Shown here: piece by piece, positions 45,450 through 55,243 of the stretch
Position numbering within the stretch: the stretch's first letter is position 1
Layout: every line of letters starts with the position of its first letter
Origin: a virus
DNA: 64,000 nt
Virus record (IMG/VR): IMGVR_UViG_3300028840_002150
Location: 38,421 to 102,420 of that record
Strand: one strand, 5' to 3'
Notes under the pieces: model-generated
Databases searched by the model: none
Told to the model about the DNA's origin: nothing
What the model saw: the letters and a program-made list of their open reading frames with translations, nothing else
Translations under genes and position numbers: made by a program

Positions 45450-46109
45450 ATGTTGTTTCCCCCGGTCCTCCGCACGTTCGGCCCGGTGTCCGTCGAAGAA
45501 CAGGACATCGACACGCCCACGCTCACGGCGTCGGACAATGGGGACGGAACGGGGATTACGTTTACCGTCAGCGGGGCATCTACTGGAACCACGAACACGA
45601 TCTACGTCAGCAGCCGCTCCGCCGGCGATTGGACCACGGCCGGAGCAATCGCCGCCAACGGTTCGCTGGATGTGGACCTGGACGTGGGCAGCTACGTAGC
45701 CGCGGTTGTCAGCTCAAAGGGCGGCTATTCCGTTGTTGGCGTGCTGATTGCGATTACCGCCACAAGCTCCTACGAGCGGGACGATTACTACACCCTGTAC
45801 GCCGATGATTGGCAGTCCATCGACGGAGTGGAACCGGCCACGCTGCAGGATGTTTCGGGCACGGAACTGGCCGCCGACATGCGGGTCAAAATCATCCGCA
45901 AAAACATGGCGGAATCCAAGGGCGGATACGACACGGGACTGGAAGAGGAAACCGCCACGGCCAAGCTGTTCCGGGCCACCATGAACGCACAGACGCCGGA
46001 CAAAGGCTACAAGATCGTCACCGCCATTGAAACCTGGGTCATTATTTCTCCGTGCCGACTGGAGCGATGGCGCACCTGCTGGCACTGCGAGGTCAAACTA
46101 GAGCGATGA
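45450..46109 (+). CDS. Ig-like domain plus head-closure/joining protein
   Basis: N-terminal beta-sandwich; C-terminal P.KG.KI...TWVI; position. Confidence 0.5.
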   Translation: MLFPPVLRTFGPVSVEEQDIDTPTLTASDNGDGTGITFTVSGASTGTTNTIYVSSRSAGDWTTAGAIAANGSLDVDLDVGSYVAAVVSSKGGYSVVGVLIAITATSSYERDDYYTLYADDWQSIDGVEPATLQDVSGTELAADMRVKIIRKNMAESKGGYDTGLEEETATAKLFRATMNAQTPDKGYKIVTAIETWVIISPCRLERWRTCWHCEVKLER

Positions 46110-46324
46110 ACCTGAACAACACCCTCAAAGCCGCCTTGGCCCGAGGGGACAAGATCGAACTGATCGGGCAGCGCAATGGAGACGGTTTGCTGTTCTCCTG
46201 GATGTTGCGATACACGGTCGATGAGGTAACCACGGTCCGCTCCGGCAAAACACCGGTCGAGGCGGTGGAGAAAACCCTGATGGAAGCCAGCGGTGACCCC
46301 GGAAGAAGTGGCTGGACAGATTGA
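46106..46324 (+). CDS. hypothetical protein
   Basis: ATGA coupling. Confidence 0.4.
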   Translation: MNLNNTLKAALARGDKIELIGQRNGDGLLFSWMLRYTVDEVTTVRSGKTPVEAVEKTLMEASGDPGRSGWTD

Positions 46325-46757
46325 GCAGGCCATCGAGGCACCGGAACGCGGACCCATGGGGGAAGCCCTACTGGAAGCCGCGCCGGCGTTTTGCGATGCG
46401 ATTGAGCGGAACTTTGCCGCGGCCGTCGATGAAGGCGGGATGCCCTGGCCCGCCCACGCTCCGCTTACCGTCGCCTTGTACGGTCCTCACCCGCTGCTGA
46501 TTCTATCGGGAAAGATGCTGGCCGCCGCCACCGAAAAAGCCGCGCCCGGACATGTCGAACGGTTAGCCGATGACGGCCGAACCCTGGAAATGGGAATCGA
46601 CGGCGGCGTGATTGACTACGCCTGGCAGCACCAGCGGGGAACGGAGCGGATACCCCGCCGACAGTTCATTTACGTCGATGACCGCGGCCAAGAGGAAATC
46701 GCGGAAGACCTGATTTCGCCGCTGACGATGCAACTATTCGGGGAGCCCGGAAAATGA
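46293..46757 (+). CDS. virion morphogenesis (Mu gpG-like tail completion) protein
   Basis: NF...G.PW......T....L..SG.M; YA..HQ.GT.RIPRRQF. Confidence 0.75.
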   Translation: MTPEEVAGQIEQAIEAPERGPMGEALLEAAPAFCDAIERNFAAAVDEGGMPWPAHAPLTVALYGPHPLLILSGKMLAAATEKAAPGHVERLADDGRTLEMGIDGGVIDYAWQHQRGTERIPRRQFIYVDDRGQEEIAEDLISPLTMQLFGEPGK

Positions 46758-47491
46758 CCATCAAGCTGCCCCGCCTGTGCGTGGCCGATCAATTCGACGG
46801 GTCTACCGCTACGGCTACCATCCTGGGAAGCACAGGCGCGACGAACCTCGTCTACACCACCACCTTCGGCGTTGCTGTGGCGGATTACGACTGGACCCTA
46901 TCGGCCACGATCAGCGGCAATTCCAGCGGCACGATTACCCTGTCGGCCGGCAGCTACCTTGCCTACGTCAAAGCAACCTTGGGCGCCGAGGTGGCATGTT
47001 CCCCGCCCGTGGCGTTTGAGATTACGGACGGCTCGGACGTGTCGGACATCCCGCACTACGAAGCCTGCCAGGGAATTCAGCAGGCGGTCCAGGGTTTGGG
47101 CTTGCCAAACTTGGCCAGCGACCGGGTGGTCATTCAGAAGCTACCCTATCGCGCGGTCAAGGCCATCGGGGATTCCGGGGTCATCATCACGCCGGTGACC
47201 GGCAGCCGCCAGCCCCGCGATCAGGCCCGCGATCTGGTCACCTACCGAGTACAAATCACGTATTTCCGCGCGTCCAACCAGCACTTGGACCGCAACATCC
47301 GCGAGGACCTGAAGTGGAAGGAAGCGGTGGAAAACTACTTGTCTGAAGCCCCTCCCGCTGGACTAAGTAGCTTTCATCGCGTAGAGATCCTTCCCGGTCC
47401 CGTTGTCATTCCTGCGGCTTTCGAAAGCCACTACGACGTGGGCGCCACTGTGGCGGCCTGCCACGCATACCGCACCCGAGCTAACGATTGA
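46754..47491 (+). CDS. Ig-like domain plus putative tail terminator
   Basis: Immediately before tail tube; N-terminal domain resembles the 45450 N-terminus. Confidence 0.5.
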   Translation: MTIKLPRLCVADQFDGSTATATILGSTGATNLVYTTTFGVAVADYDWTLSATISGNSSGTITLSAGSYLAYVKATLGAEVACSPPVAFEITDGSDVSDIPHYEACQGIQQAVQGLGLPNLASDRVVIQKLPYRAVKAIGDSGVIITPVTGSRQPRDQARDLVTYRVQITYFRASNQHLDRNIREDLKWKEAVENYLSEAPPAGLSSFHRVEILPGPVVIPAAFESHYDVGATVAACHAYRTRAND

Positions 47492-47518
47492 AATTCAGAC
47501 CGCCAAGGAGAATAGAGA

Positions 47519-48421
47519 ATGGCCGCTGACACTGCCAGTATGGGTTACGACGTACAATTTGGCGTTTCCGCAATCGCGTCCGATACGGTGACCAAGCGGC
47601 TGCTGCCGGAAAGTCTGGACATCAAAAAGCGGCCTACGCATTTCCACGCGGAAGGATTTAAGGGCCAGCTCGCGCACCGCTCCGAGGACACCGCGGAAAG
47701 CACCTACACGGTCAGCGGTTCCATGACCATCGTTCCGCGCGTAGACGATTTGGAAATCCTGCTGCTGGCGATTTTCGGCGGCACGTTCGCTGGCAACGTA
47801 CTCGAGCCGGATGTCATCACCGACTACTTCAAGGCCGCGCTGGACCGCGAGGTCAAGGTGTTCAACTACACCGGCATGCGGGTTTCGCAGGCAACGTTTA
47901 CCAGCTCCGCCGGCCAGCCCCTGCGGATGCAATTGCAACTTGAGGGGAAAGACTTGACCCTCGGTGATGCGGATTCATTCCCCGACCTGTCCTACTCCGT
48001 GCTGACGCCGATCATGCACCACCAGGCCACGATGTACTTCGATGGCACTGCACGAAACTTCAACAACCTGAACATCACGGTCAACAATCAACTGGTGATG
48101 GACCGATTCTTCAACACGCAATCGCGCACGGAAATCCCGCAAGGGGACCGCACGATTCAGGTGTCCTTCGATACGCCGTTCACCACGTCGGAACTGGACA
48201 TTTACCAGTTAGCCCTGGCGGGCGTTTCGTCCAACATCCTTTACACGGTCGGCTCCTACAGCCTGCTGTTCGAGTTCCCGCTTTTGCAGGGACCGATGGA
48301 AGATCCGGACACCCCGAGCCCGGTCCAGGAAATCCCCCTGCGGACCACGCTCAACGCCCGTACTGTGGACGGCTACGCCGGCACGGACCAAGAGGTCAAG
48401 ATCACCCTCGTGGATAGCTGA
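47519..48421 (+). CDS. major tail tube protein
   Basis: TVSGSMTI.P, YTGMRVSQATF, NITVNNQL, G.RTIQVSF; AAGGAG RBS. Confidence 0.8.
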   Translation: MAADTASMGYDVQFGVSAIASDTVTKRLLPESLDIKKRPTHFHAEGFKGQLAHRSEDTAESTYTVSGSMTIVPRVDDLEILLLAIFGGTFAGNVLEPDVITDYFKAALDREVKVFNYTGMRVSQATFTSSAGQPLRMQLQLEGKDLTLGDADSFPDLSYSVLTPIMHHQATMYFDGTARNFNNLNITVNNQLVMDRFFNTQSRTEIPQGDRTIQVSFDTPFTTSELDIYQLALAGVSSNILYTVGSYSLLFEFPLLQGPMEDPDTPSPVQEIPLRTTLNARTVDGYAGTDQEVKITLVDS

Positions 48422-48470
48422 TACTAAGCCAAATAGCGAATCGTGACATCCCGACGAATCGCCGGAAAGA

Positions 48471-48980
48471 ATGTCTATGCCCAAAAACACCGCCTACCAC
48501 GCCGGCAGGCTGGGCTACGTGCCCGAGTCGCAGGGTGTCATCTTCAACGGATATTTCGAATCCGTCGAAGGATGCTATCCTGCTGTCCGCTTTACCTATC
48601 GGCCCTGCACGCAGGTCGAGCGAGTCCGTCTGCTTGCCTCGCTGGAAACCTTGCGCCAGCACAAGCAGGAGGAAAAAATCGCCGAAATCCTGGCTACCCA
48701 AATCAAGTCGTGGGATCTGGAAAAGGCGCCGGACAAGCCCGAGGACAAGTTCGCGCCGCTGCCCGTCACCGCCGTAAGCGCGGCGCGGCTCGTGCAGCCG
48801 CTTTACCGCCGCTTCGCCGGCCTGATCGTGTACGGCTCCGATGTCAGCGACCCCGATCCAGATTGGAAAAAGGAAGACGCGGATGAAGCCGACGAGGCCG
48901 ACGTTAAGGCGATCTTGACCGGAACCGCGCCGGTGGATGCAGCGGTCGAGGTGCGGGAGGGAAACTCCGCCGCGGGCTGA
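48471..48980 (+). CDS. tail assembly chaperone (gpG-like)
   Basis: Between tube and tape measure; ends at slippery site. Confidence 0.75.
   Translation: MSMPKNTAYHAGRLGYVPESQGVIFNGYFESVEGCYPAVRFTYRPCTQVERVRLLASLETLRQHKQEEKIAEILATQIKSWDLEKAPDKPEDKFAPLPVTAVSAARLVQPLYRRFAGLIVYGSDVSDPDPDWKKEDADEADEADVKAILTGTAPVDAAVEVREGNSAAG
48959..48965 (+). other. programmed -1 frameshift site G GGA AAC
   Basis: X XXY YYZ heptamer in the correct phase; -1 frame is open into 48980..49381. Confidence 0.8.
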
Positions 48981-49381
48981 TGCTCCAGGTGTACCACCCG
49001 GAGGTCGCCCGCGTTTCGTGCGAGCAGTGCAAGCGGTGGGTCTACGATAAAGACTGGAAGCCCACCATGCTGGTCATGGGGCCCGGCAAGCGGGAGCCCA
49101 TGGCACGACCGGGACCGCCGCCATGCGACCTTGGAACCGAGTGCCCGAAACAGCATCACAGCAAGGAGCACCGGTTCCGCCTTCATTCGGCCAATGCGGC
49201 TCTGGTCGATTTCTTTTTTCGCCAACGCGCAACGGGGTGGGCGCTCTGCCCGCCCCTGGATGCCCTGACGCAACGCTTGATTTCGACAATCCACGAAATC
49301 GTAGTGCAGGCGGACCGCCAATCCACTGCCGATTCCGTGGCTGTTCGGTTGTCGCAAATTCTGCCCCGGAGAACCCTCTGA
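48980..49381 (+). CDS. gpT-like frameshift extension of the tail chaperone (Cys-rich)
   Basis: -1 frame continuation; CxxC and C...C. Confidence 0.7.
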   Translation: MLQVYHPEVARVSCEQCKRWVYDKDWKPTMLVMGPGKREPMARPGPPPCDLGTECPKQHHSKEHRFRLHSANAALVDFFFRQRATGWALCPPLDALTQRLISTIHEIVVQADRQSTADSVAVRLSQILPRRTL

Positions 49382-49382
49382 G

Positions 49383-52300
49383 ATGGCTACCGAATACGAC
49401 CTGATTTACCGCATCGGCGTGGAGCACTCCGAGCAGGGCAAGCAGGCGCTCAAGGAGTTCGCCGCCGAAGTCGTCGGCGCGCAAGAGCGGATCACCACAG
49501 CGGCGGACGCTATCGCCAAGCAGTTGCGGAAAGCATCCCAAGCGATGCGGAAGCCAGCGAGCGGCATGCCCCCGTCCGCTGCGCAGCAACCGTTGCCCGC
49601 GGGGTTAACTTCACCAGGTGCGCAGCGTCGAGCTACCGATGCAGGATCTACGGCGGAAACCGAGCGCACCGCAGACCGTCAGCGCGGAATGCGCGCCAGG
49701 ATTGCGCTGGCCGAACGCGAAGCCGCAGCGGAGTTGGACGCGGTGCGGAAAACCGTGAGGGGGTATACGCAGGGCGAGCAGGAAAAAACGCGGGCTCGGG
49801 AGAAAGGCGGGCAATCGAGGCAGCCAACCGCTCCCGTACAACCGGCATCGCAACCAAAACCAGCCGGCCCGATTTTCGCGGGCGGCGCGGTTAGCGACCC
49901 GAGAACGGCAGCGGAATTTCGGCAAGCCGTCAAAACGTTTGAGCAAGGCTACGCCGCGCAACAGGGCGCGGCACCGCCCCAGGAACGTCCGGTGCCATCG
50001 CCGCCCCCACCTGCGAGGCCCACCGCTCCACAGAGCCGACCGGCTGCTGCAGGCGGTGAACAGCCATCGCGTCGAGCGCAGACCGCAGCCGCAGAGGCGG
50101 AGCGGGACAAAACCGCTCGGCGGGACGCCGGCATGCAGCAGCGCGTCAAGCTGGCAGCGCAGGAGGCGGCGCGCGAAATTGCGGAAATCGGAAAAGTTGT
50201 TGAGGCGTACAAGCGGGGCGAACAGCAAAAAGCACAAGCCAAGCAACAGACCAGGCAATCGCAACAACCCGCGGGGCGAACTCCGCAGGCACCGCCTCCG
50301 CCACAACCCGCACCGCGTCCACAATCGCAGCAGCGATCGTCTACCCAGGCCGCCGCTTCGCAATACGCCCGGCAGCAGGCGCAAATGACTCAAGCCCGCC
50401 AGCAAGGCGCCCAACAGCGGGCACAAATCGCCGAACGAGAAGCGGACGGGGAAGTCGAGTCTCGGCAAGAGGTGGTCGACGCGCACCGACAAGCTTCGCG
50501 GCAAACATCGCAAGACGCGGCCAACAACGCACGCCAGCAACAGCAGCATTTGCAATCATTGCAATCCGAGTACACGGGCATGAAGGCCCAACTGAAAGGG
50601 TACAAGGACCAAAGCCGGGAAGCGTTCCTTGGCGGATTGACCGCGGCCATGCAGCTTAGCCGCGGTTTTGTCGCGCTCGGGCTGTCCTCAGAGGAAAGCA
50701 CCGAGAAGATGATGCGCGGCTTGGTCAAGATGCAGGGCATTGTCGATTCGGTCACCGGATCGGTGCAGGGTATCTATCAGGTTACCAAAGCCATCGATTC
50801 GGTAACGGAAATGATGCGGCTTCGCCGCCAAGCATCTGCGCTGGCCGCTCGGGTGGCACAACAAGCCTCGGTAGCGGAAACGGCAGCCTTGCAAGCGGAA
50901 GCTGCAGCGGCCGGGCAAGCGACTACAGCTCACGCGGCGCTAAACGCTCAAAGATCGATGGGGTCGACCGCAGCATCGGCGGGAATAACGAGCAACGCAA
51001 TCGCAGGAGGCGCAGCCAGTCGAGCAGCGGCAGCACCCGTCACCCGGTCGGCGACGGAAAGCGCAAGCCGTGCCGTCGGGTCTGGCGCAGCAGGTGCTGG
51101 CGGCGGTGTAGCAGCTACAGGCGGCGCGGGACTTGGGGCAACCGTGTTACTCGGAGCTGGTGCAGCGGCCAGTATCGGCGCAGCCATTGCGAGCGGCTTG
51201 TCGACGTTCGGTCAGGCCCAGCGGTATGGCACTGGAGGCGGCGCGGAACAAGGGTCGGTTGCGGATCGCATCGCTACCGCGGAGGCCAATACCCTAGCCA
51301 AAGGTTTGCGATTAGTGGGCGATGAAAACTCCAAGTTGCGCCAAGCGATACGGGAGATGCCTTCTATTTTGCGCTACATGACGTTCGGCGCAGCAGGCCG
51401 CTTTGTGCGGGAATCCGAAAGCCTTGCATCTAGCCAGGAGTTGAACGAGCGATTATCCGAACAGGACGCAAGCCTGAAAGCCAACCAGGAACGCAACCGC
51501 CGACAACAGGAAGCGGAAAACCAATTCAACGCGGAAATCCGCGCAATGGAGGACCGCCGCCGGCAACAGCGGGAGCAGTTGCAGGACCAGACGTTCGCTG
51601 CGACTGATCCGCGGATGCAAAACCTGCGCGACCAGCAAACGCTCGGAGCCGAGTGGATGTTTCGGCAACAGACCGACATGATCGGGCTGCAACAGGGGCA
51701 AGACGACGAAGCGTTGCGCCGCGGCCAATTGCAGGTCAACCGGTTAGAGCAGAACCAGCGCCAAGTACAGACGGAGATGCAACTCCGACCGATGCAATCG
51801 CGGTTGGACCGAATACAGAGAAACCTGGAAGCCGCTAAGGCGGAAACGGACCGCCTGGAACAAGAGCGGCAAAAACTTTCGACCAGCATCGACCCCAAGG
51901 ACTGGGAGCGGTTGAAAGATGTCAACCAACAACTTCAGCAGCAGGACCAGCGGCGGGTAGACCTGTCACAACAGCGGCTCGGGCTGGAGCAGCAAATCGC
52001 CGAAGTCAACAAGCAGGCCAACCAGCAAAACCTACAGGCCCTCCAGCAACAACTCCAAACGTCCAAGCAGATCGAGGCCAGCGCGAAAGCGGCCATCGAA
52101 TCCGCCGCCGAGCGGTTTGGCCGGATGGACAAAGGCCAACAGCGGGACATCCTGCGGGCCAAGGGAAGGTTGGATGAACTTGGGGACGCAGCGCTGGCAC
52201 CAGCCGAGCGGGAAAGGTGGGAGCGGTTCCAGACCACGCTGAAGTCCGGCGGGGAGCTGTCCGAGTCCGAAATGAAAGCCCGCGAGCAGCTACGCCGCAA

Positions 52301-52709
52301 ACGGCAAGAGGCCATGGCCCAACAAGCGGACCGGTCGGATATTCTACGGGCCGAACAAACCGGGCTCCGCGGAGACCAGGAAACAGCCCGGCAGTTCTTC
52401 CGCGAGCAAGCACGGACCGCCGGGTTTGACGAGTTCATCGGCGGAACCGCAGAAGAACAGGCGGACATTTCCCTGGAGCGGTCCGTTCAGCGTGAATTGA
52501 ACGCCAAGATCAAGCAGGAGATGGAAGTCAAGGTCACCGTAGAATCGGAGGAAGAAGCGGTGGTCACCGAAGTGATGAATCAGGTCAACGCGGAAATGGA
52601 TCGGCAAACGGCAAGGATTCGCCAAATCATCAACGATCGGTGGACGCAATCAAAAGAGGCCATCGCGAAGCTTAAAGACGACGATTTAGCCGGTCGCCTT
52701 TCAAGCTAG
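49383..52709 (+). CDS. tape measure protein
   Basis: 1108 aa; Ala/Gln-rich helical; hydrophobic Gly/Ala segment; follows chaperones. Confidence 0.8.
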   Translation: MATEYDLIYRIGVEHSEQGKQALKEFAAEVVGAQERITTAADAIAKQLRKASQAMRKPASGMPPSAAQQPLPAGLTSPGAQRRATDAGSTAETERTADRQRGMRARIALAEREAAAELDAVRKTVRGYTQGEQEKTRAREKGGQSRQPTAPVQPASQPKPAGPIFAGGAVSDPRTAAEFRQAVKTFEQGYAAQQGAAPPQERPVPSPPPPARPTAPQSRPAAAGGEQPSRRAQTAAAEAERDKTARRDAGMQQRVKLAAQEAAREIAEIGKVVEAYKRGEQQKAQAKQQTRQSQQPAGRTPQAPPPPQPAPRPQSQQRSSTQAAASQYARQQAQMTQARQQGAQQRAQIAEREADGEVESRQEVVDAHRQASRQTSQDAANNARQQQQHLQSLQSEYTGMKAQLKGYKDQSREAFLGGLTAAMQLSRGFVALGLSSEESTEKMMRGLVKMQGIVDSVTGSVQGIYQVTKAIDSVTEMMRLRRQASALAARVAQQASVAETAALQAEAAAAGQATTAHAALNAQRSMGSTAASAGITSNAIAGGAASRAAAAPVTRSATESASRAVGSGAAGAGGGVAATGGAGLGATVLLGAGAAASIGAAIASGLSTFGQAQRYGTGGGAEQGSVADRIATAEANTLAKGLRLVGDENSKLRQAIREMPSILRYMTFGAAGRFVRESESLASSQELNERLSEQDASLKANQERNRRQQEAENQFNAEIRAMEDRRRQQREQLQDQTFAATDPRMQNLRDQQTLGAEWMFRQQTDMIGLQQGQDDEALRRGQLQVNRLEQNQRQVQTEMQLRPMQSRLDRIQRNLEAAKAETDRLEQERQKLSTSIDPKDWERLKDVNQQLQQQDQRRVDLSQQRLGLEQQIAEVNKQANQQNLQALQQQLQTSKQIEASAKAAIESAAERFGRMDKGQQRDILRAKGRLDELGDAALAPAERERWERFQTTLKSGGELSESEMKAREQLRRKRQEAMAQQADRSDILRAEQTGLRGDQETARQFFREQARTAGFDEFIGGTAEEQADISLERSVQRELNAKIKQEMEVKVTVESEEEAVVTEVMNQVNAEMDRQTARIRQIINDRWTQSKEAIAKLKDDDLAGRLSS

Positions 52710-53365
52710 GTACCTTCGGAGTATCTTCGTATATCATCCTCGCATCCGGAAACGAATCTTTCGCGAAAATTGGAATCGGGCCAAGTTTGTATTGCTTCCT
52801 TCAGTAGCGAAATTGATTCGTTGCGATTTGCTGGCGTGTAAATGCGGCGAGCTTTGCGAGCGAGCGATTCGGCGAGAATTCGTCTGGCGTATACGTGGTC
52901 CGGAGAATCGGAAACCGCTGCCCTCGCTTTGGCGATTGCCGTATCGTATTGGTCCCGTGACATGTAGACGTGGGCCAATACGGCTTTAGCGAACGCCGAG
53001 GGTTCGAGGGACTCGGCGCGGCTTGCGTCTGATTCCGCGTCGTCGAGACGCTTGGAAATGATGTACGTCATGGCGCGGTGGCACAACCAGTCTCCGTTGT
53101 TCGGTTCCAACCGAATCGCTTCACTCCCGTCCCGTATCGCGGACTGATGGTCTCCCGAAAGGGCCTTGCATGACCCCCGCAACGCCCACGCTTTCGCGCA
53201 CGCCGGATCCACCCGGATTACGCGGTCGAAACATGCGATGGCTAGGTCGTCATCTCCAGCCTTGCGCGCCGCTTCCCCCCGCTCCATATCCGCCGATGTG
53301 TCCGGCTTTCCCGAGCATCCGGCCAGCATCAAACCCACCATTCCGATAGCCCAAACTCCACGCAT
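52706..53365 (-). CDS. TPR-repeat lipoprotein (moron)
   Basis: Lipobox LAGC after hydrophobic stretch; several TPR units; GGGAG RBS. Confidence 0.8.
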   Translation of the reverse strand: MRGVWAIGMVGLMLAGCSGKPDTSADMERGEAARKAGDDDLAIACFDRVIRVDPACAKAWALRGSCKALSGDHQSAIRDGSEAIRLEPNNGDWLCHRAMTYIISKRLDDAESDASRAESLEPSAFAKAVLAHVYMSRDQYDTAIAKARAAVSDSPDHVYARRILAESLARKARRIYTPANRNESISLLKEAIQTWPDSNFRERFVSGCEDDIRRYSEGT

Positions 53366-53460
53366 TGCCCACACTCCCCTTAGATCGGAGTTTCGCTTGC
53401 CCGCCATCATTATGGGCTGGAGCTAAGTGAACTCGCAAGCTGAACAAATGTACCCCCCCC

Positions 53461-53679
53461 CTAATCGCCATCCCGCTTTTTTTGTTGACGTTTGGCGGCA
53501 CGAAGAAGGACGGACCGGGCCCAGGCGGCCAGGTTGCTCCCGGCTACGGATTTTACAAGGCAATACTCACTCGGAGTCAGCCGCACAAACACCCTTTTGG
53601 TTTGCCGCTCTTCTGGCGGAAGCTGAGGCCTTCCAGTACGCGGTTTGTTCTGCGAATCGTCGCCCATTTTGAAACTCAT
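53461..53679 (-). CDS. small ribbon-helix-helix-like DNA-binding protein
   Basis: GRP.LP.EER.TKRVFVRLTPSEY...LAAWARSVLL; divergent from the replication operon. Confidence 0.6.
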   Translation of the reverse strand: MSFKMGDDSQNKPRTGRPQLPPEERQTKRVFVRLTPSEYCLVKSVAGSNLAAWARSVLLRAAKRQQKKRDGD

Positions 53680-53783
53680 GGTTTTTGTTGTTGGTAGCTA
53701 AAAAGCGTCCAATAAACTTCTACACGCGGCGAATTACTGGTAGCTCGCAAGATTTCCCGAACCCCATTTTAACGGAGGCTACC

Positions 53784-54263
53784 ATGAAAGTCGATCAATC
53801 CATCCAAGAGTACGCCTCGATCCGGGTCGCCCTGGACGAGGCGGAGGCCCGGCTCCAGCAACGGGAGCAGGCCGTCCAGCGGGCCGAAGAACGGGCCACA
53901 AAAGCCAGGGAGCGGCTACGCGATGCCGAGGCCCGCTACCGCGCCCTGCAAACCAAGCTGCTGGACGCCATGTGCCGGCTGGACCCGGAAACGGTTCAGA
54001 TCGCCGGGGCCCGCAAGTTGCTGAAGCTGAAGCGGGACATTCCCGGTTTGGACAACGCCCGGCATTGCATGTGCCGCGGCTCGGAGTTTCTGACGCTCGG
54101 CATGGTCGGTGACCGCTATCTGACCGTCAGCATGGCCGGCAAGGCGGTGGTCATCGGACCGGAGGAAGCGGACGTGTACCGGCCCGCCTACGCGGCGGCC
54201 ATCCATTCGCTAATGTCCAAGGGCTTTGATCCGCCGAAATCATGGGAGGGCGAGGACGAATGA
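53784..54263 (+). CDS. coiled-coil hypothetical protein
   Basis: GGAGG RBS. Confidence 0.6.
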   Translation: MKVDQSIQEYASIRVALDEAEARLQQREQAVQRAEERATKARERLRDAEARYRALQTKLLDAMCRLDPETVQIAGARKLLKLKRDIPGLDNARHCMCRGSEFLTLGMVGDRYLTVSMAGKAVVIGPEEADVYRPAYAAAIHSLMSKGFDPPKSWEGEDE

Positions 54264-54502
54264 ACGCGGGCCGTCTACGATTCACGGATCTGGTCGCGGC
54301 CCTCCGTGCAACCCGAGCGGGCGAAAGCCGGGCGTATTACGTCCTGGCCGCCCGCTACTACCTGGGGGCGGATCGGCTGGAGGAATTGCGGGCCCATGCC
54401 GATCCGGTGGGTCGGATCATCACCAACCGCTACGGCGAAGAAAGGCGAATGCCGCCGGTGTTATCGAACGGTCAAGTGGAGCAAATTATCCGGGACCGCT
54501 GA
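54260..54502 (+). CDS. hypothetical protein
   Basis: GAGGA RBS; ATGA overlap. Confidence 0.5.
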   Translation: MNAGRLRFTDLVAALRATRAGESRAYYVLAARYYLGADRLEELRAHADPVGRIITNRYGEERRMPPVLSNGQVEQIIRDR

Positions 54503-54532
54503 TCCGGGGTTGCTTTTTCGGGGTGTTGGGGT

Positions 54533-54549
54533 GATATTGTCGCAATATC
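54533..54549. promoter_or_regulatory. perfect operator palindrome
   Basis: GATATT-GTCGC-AATATC just upstream of the RimI-like RBS. Confidence 0.7.
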
Positions 54550-54566
54550 GGCGAAAGGAGACGACC

Positions 54567-55055
54567 GTGAAAACAATCGAGCGACTCGACTCTGCGGTTC
54601 ACGTTAGCTGGATGATTCGGGCGGATTATCCCGCGGTGCTTGCAATCGAGCGGGCATGTTTTGATGAGCCGTGGACGGAAGATGAATTGGTTCGCTGTTT
54701 GCGAGCCAGGAATCAAATCGGCATGGTAGCCCGACACGGCGAGCGCATTTTGGGCTACATGGTTTACGCCGCGATGCAAAAAGAGCTGCGGGTGCTTAAC
54801 TTTGCGGTTCATGCGGAGTTCCGGCGCCGCGGGGTCGGCCGGGCTATGGCTGACAAATTGCGGGCGAAGCTATCACCGTCACGCCGCCCGAGGCTGAAGC
54901 TGAAGGTCCGGGAAACCAATCTGGACGCGCAGTTGTTCTGGAGGGCCATGGGATACCGCGCGGTCAAGATTATCCGCAACCCGTGGCCGGACCTGGACGA
55001 ACACCAGTATTTGTTCCGGTACGCTTTACCCAAAATGCAGACGGCGGGCCAATAA
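54567..55055 (+). CDS. rimI: RimI-like GNAT acetyltransferase
   Basis: V.WMIR.D...VL.IE...F..PW, LNFAVH..RRRGVG, L.VRETNL.AQLF..MGY. Confidence 0.75.
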   Translation: MKTIERLDSAVHVSWMIRADYPAVLAIERACFDEPWTEDELVRCLRARNQIGMVARHGERILGYMVYAAMQKELRVLNFAVHAEFRRRGVGRAMADKLRAKLSPSRRPRLKLKVRETNLDAQLFWRAMGYRAVKIIRNPWPDLDEHQYLFRYALPKMQTAGQ

Positions 55056-55153
55056 AAAACCGCCCAACGGGGTACAACGCCCGCGGGGCGGCTCGCCAAA
55101 CCGGGCGCACCGACCGCGCCTAGCCAAGGGGATATGTACCACATTTCCCGATT

Positions 55154-55213
55154 TACCGCAATAGGTACCGCGATAGGCACAGCTATTGACACCCGGATAT
55201 TTTCGGGTCTAAT
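55154..55213 (+). promoter_or_regulatory. three 12-bp direct repeats overlapping TTGACA upstream of dnaB
   Basis: TACCGCAATAGG / TACCGCGATAGG / CACAGCTATTGA; TTGACA at 55186. Confidence 0.45.
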
Positions 55214-55243
55214 TGTGCGCTCGCCGAACCCTCGAGGACCGAC

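Noticed and set aside
47519-52709. Contractile tail or tailocin/eCIS
   Set aside because: No sheath or baseplate wedge genes are recognised, and a full head module is present.
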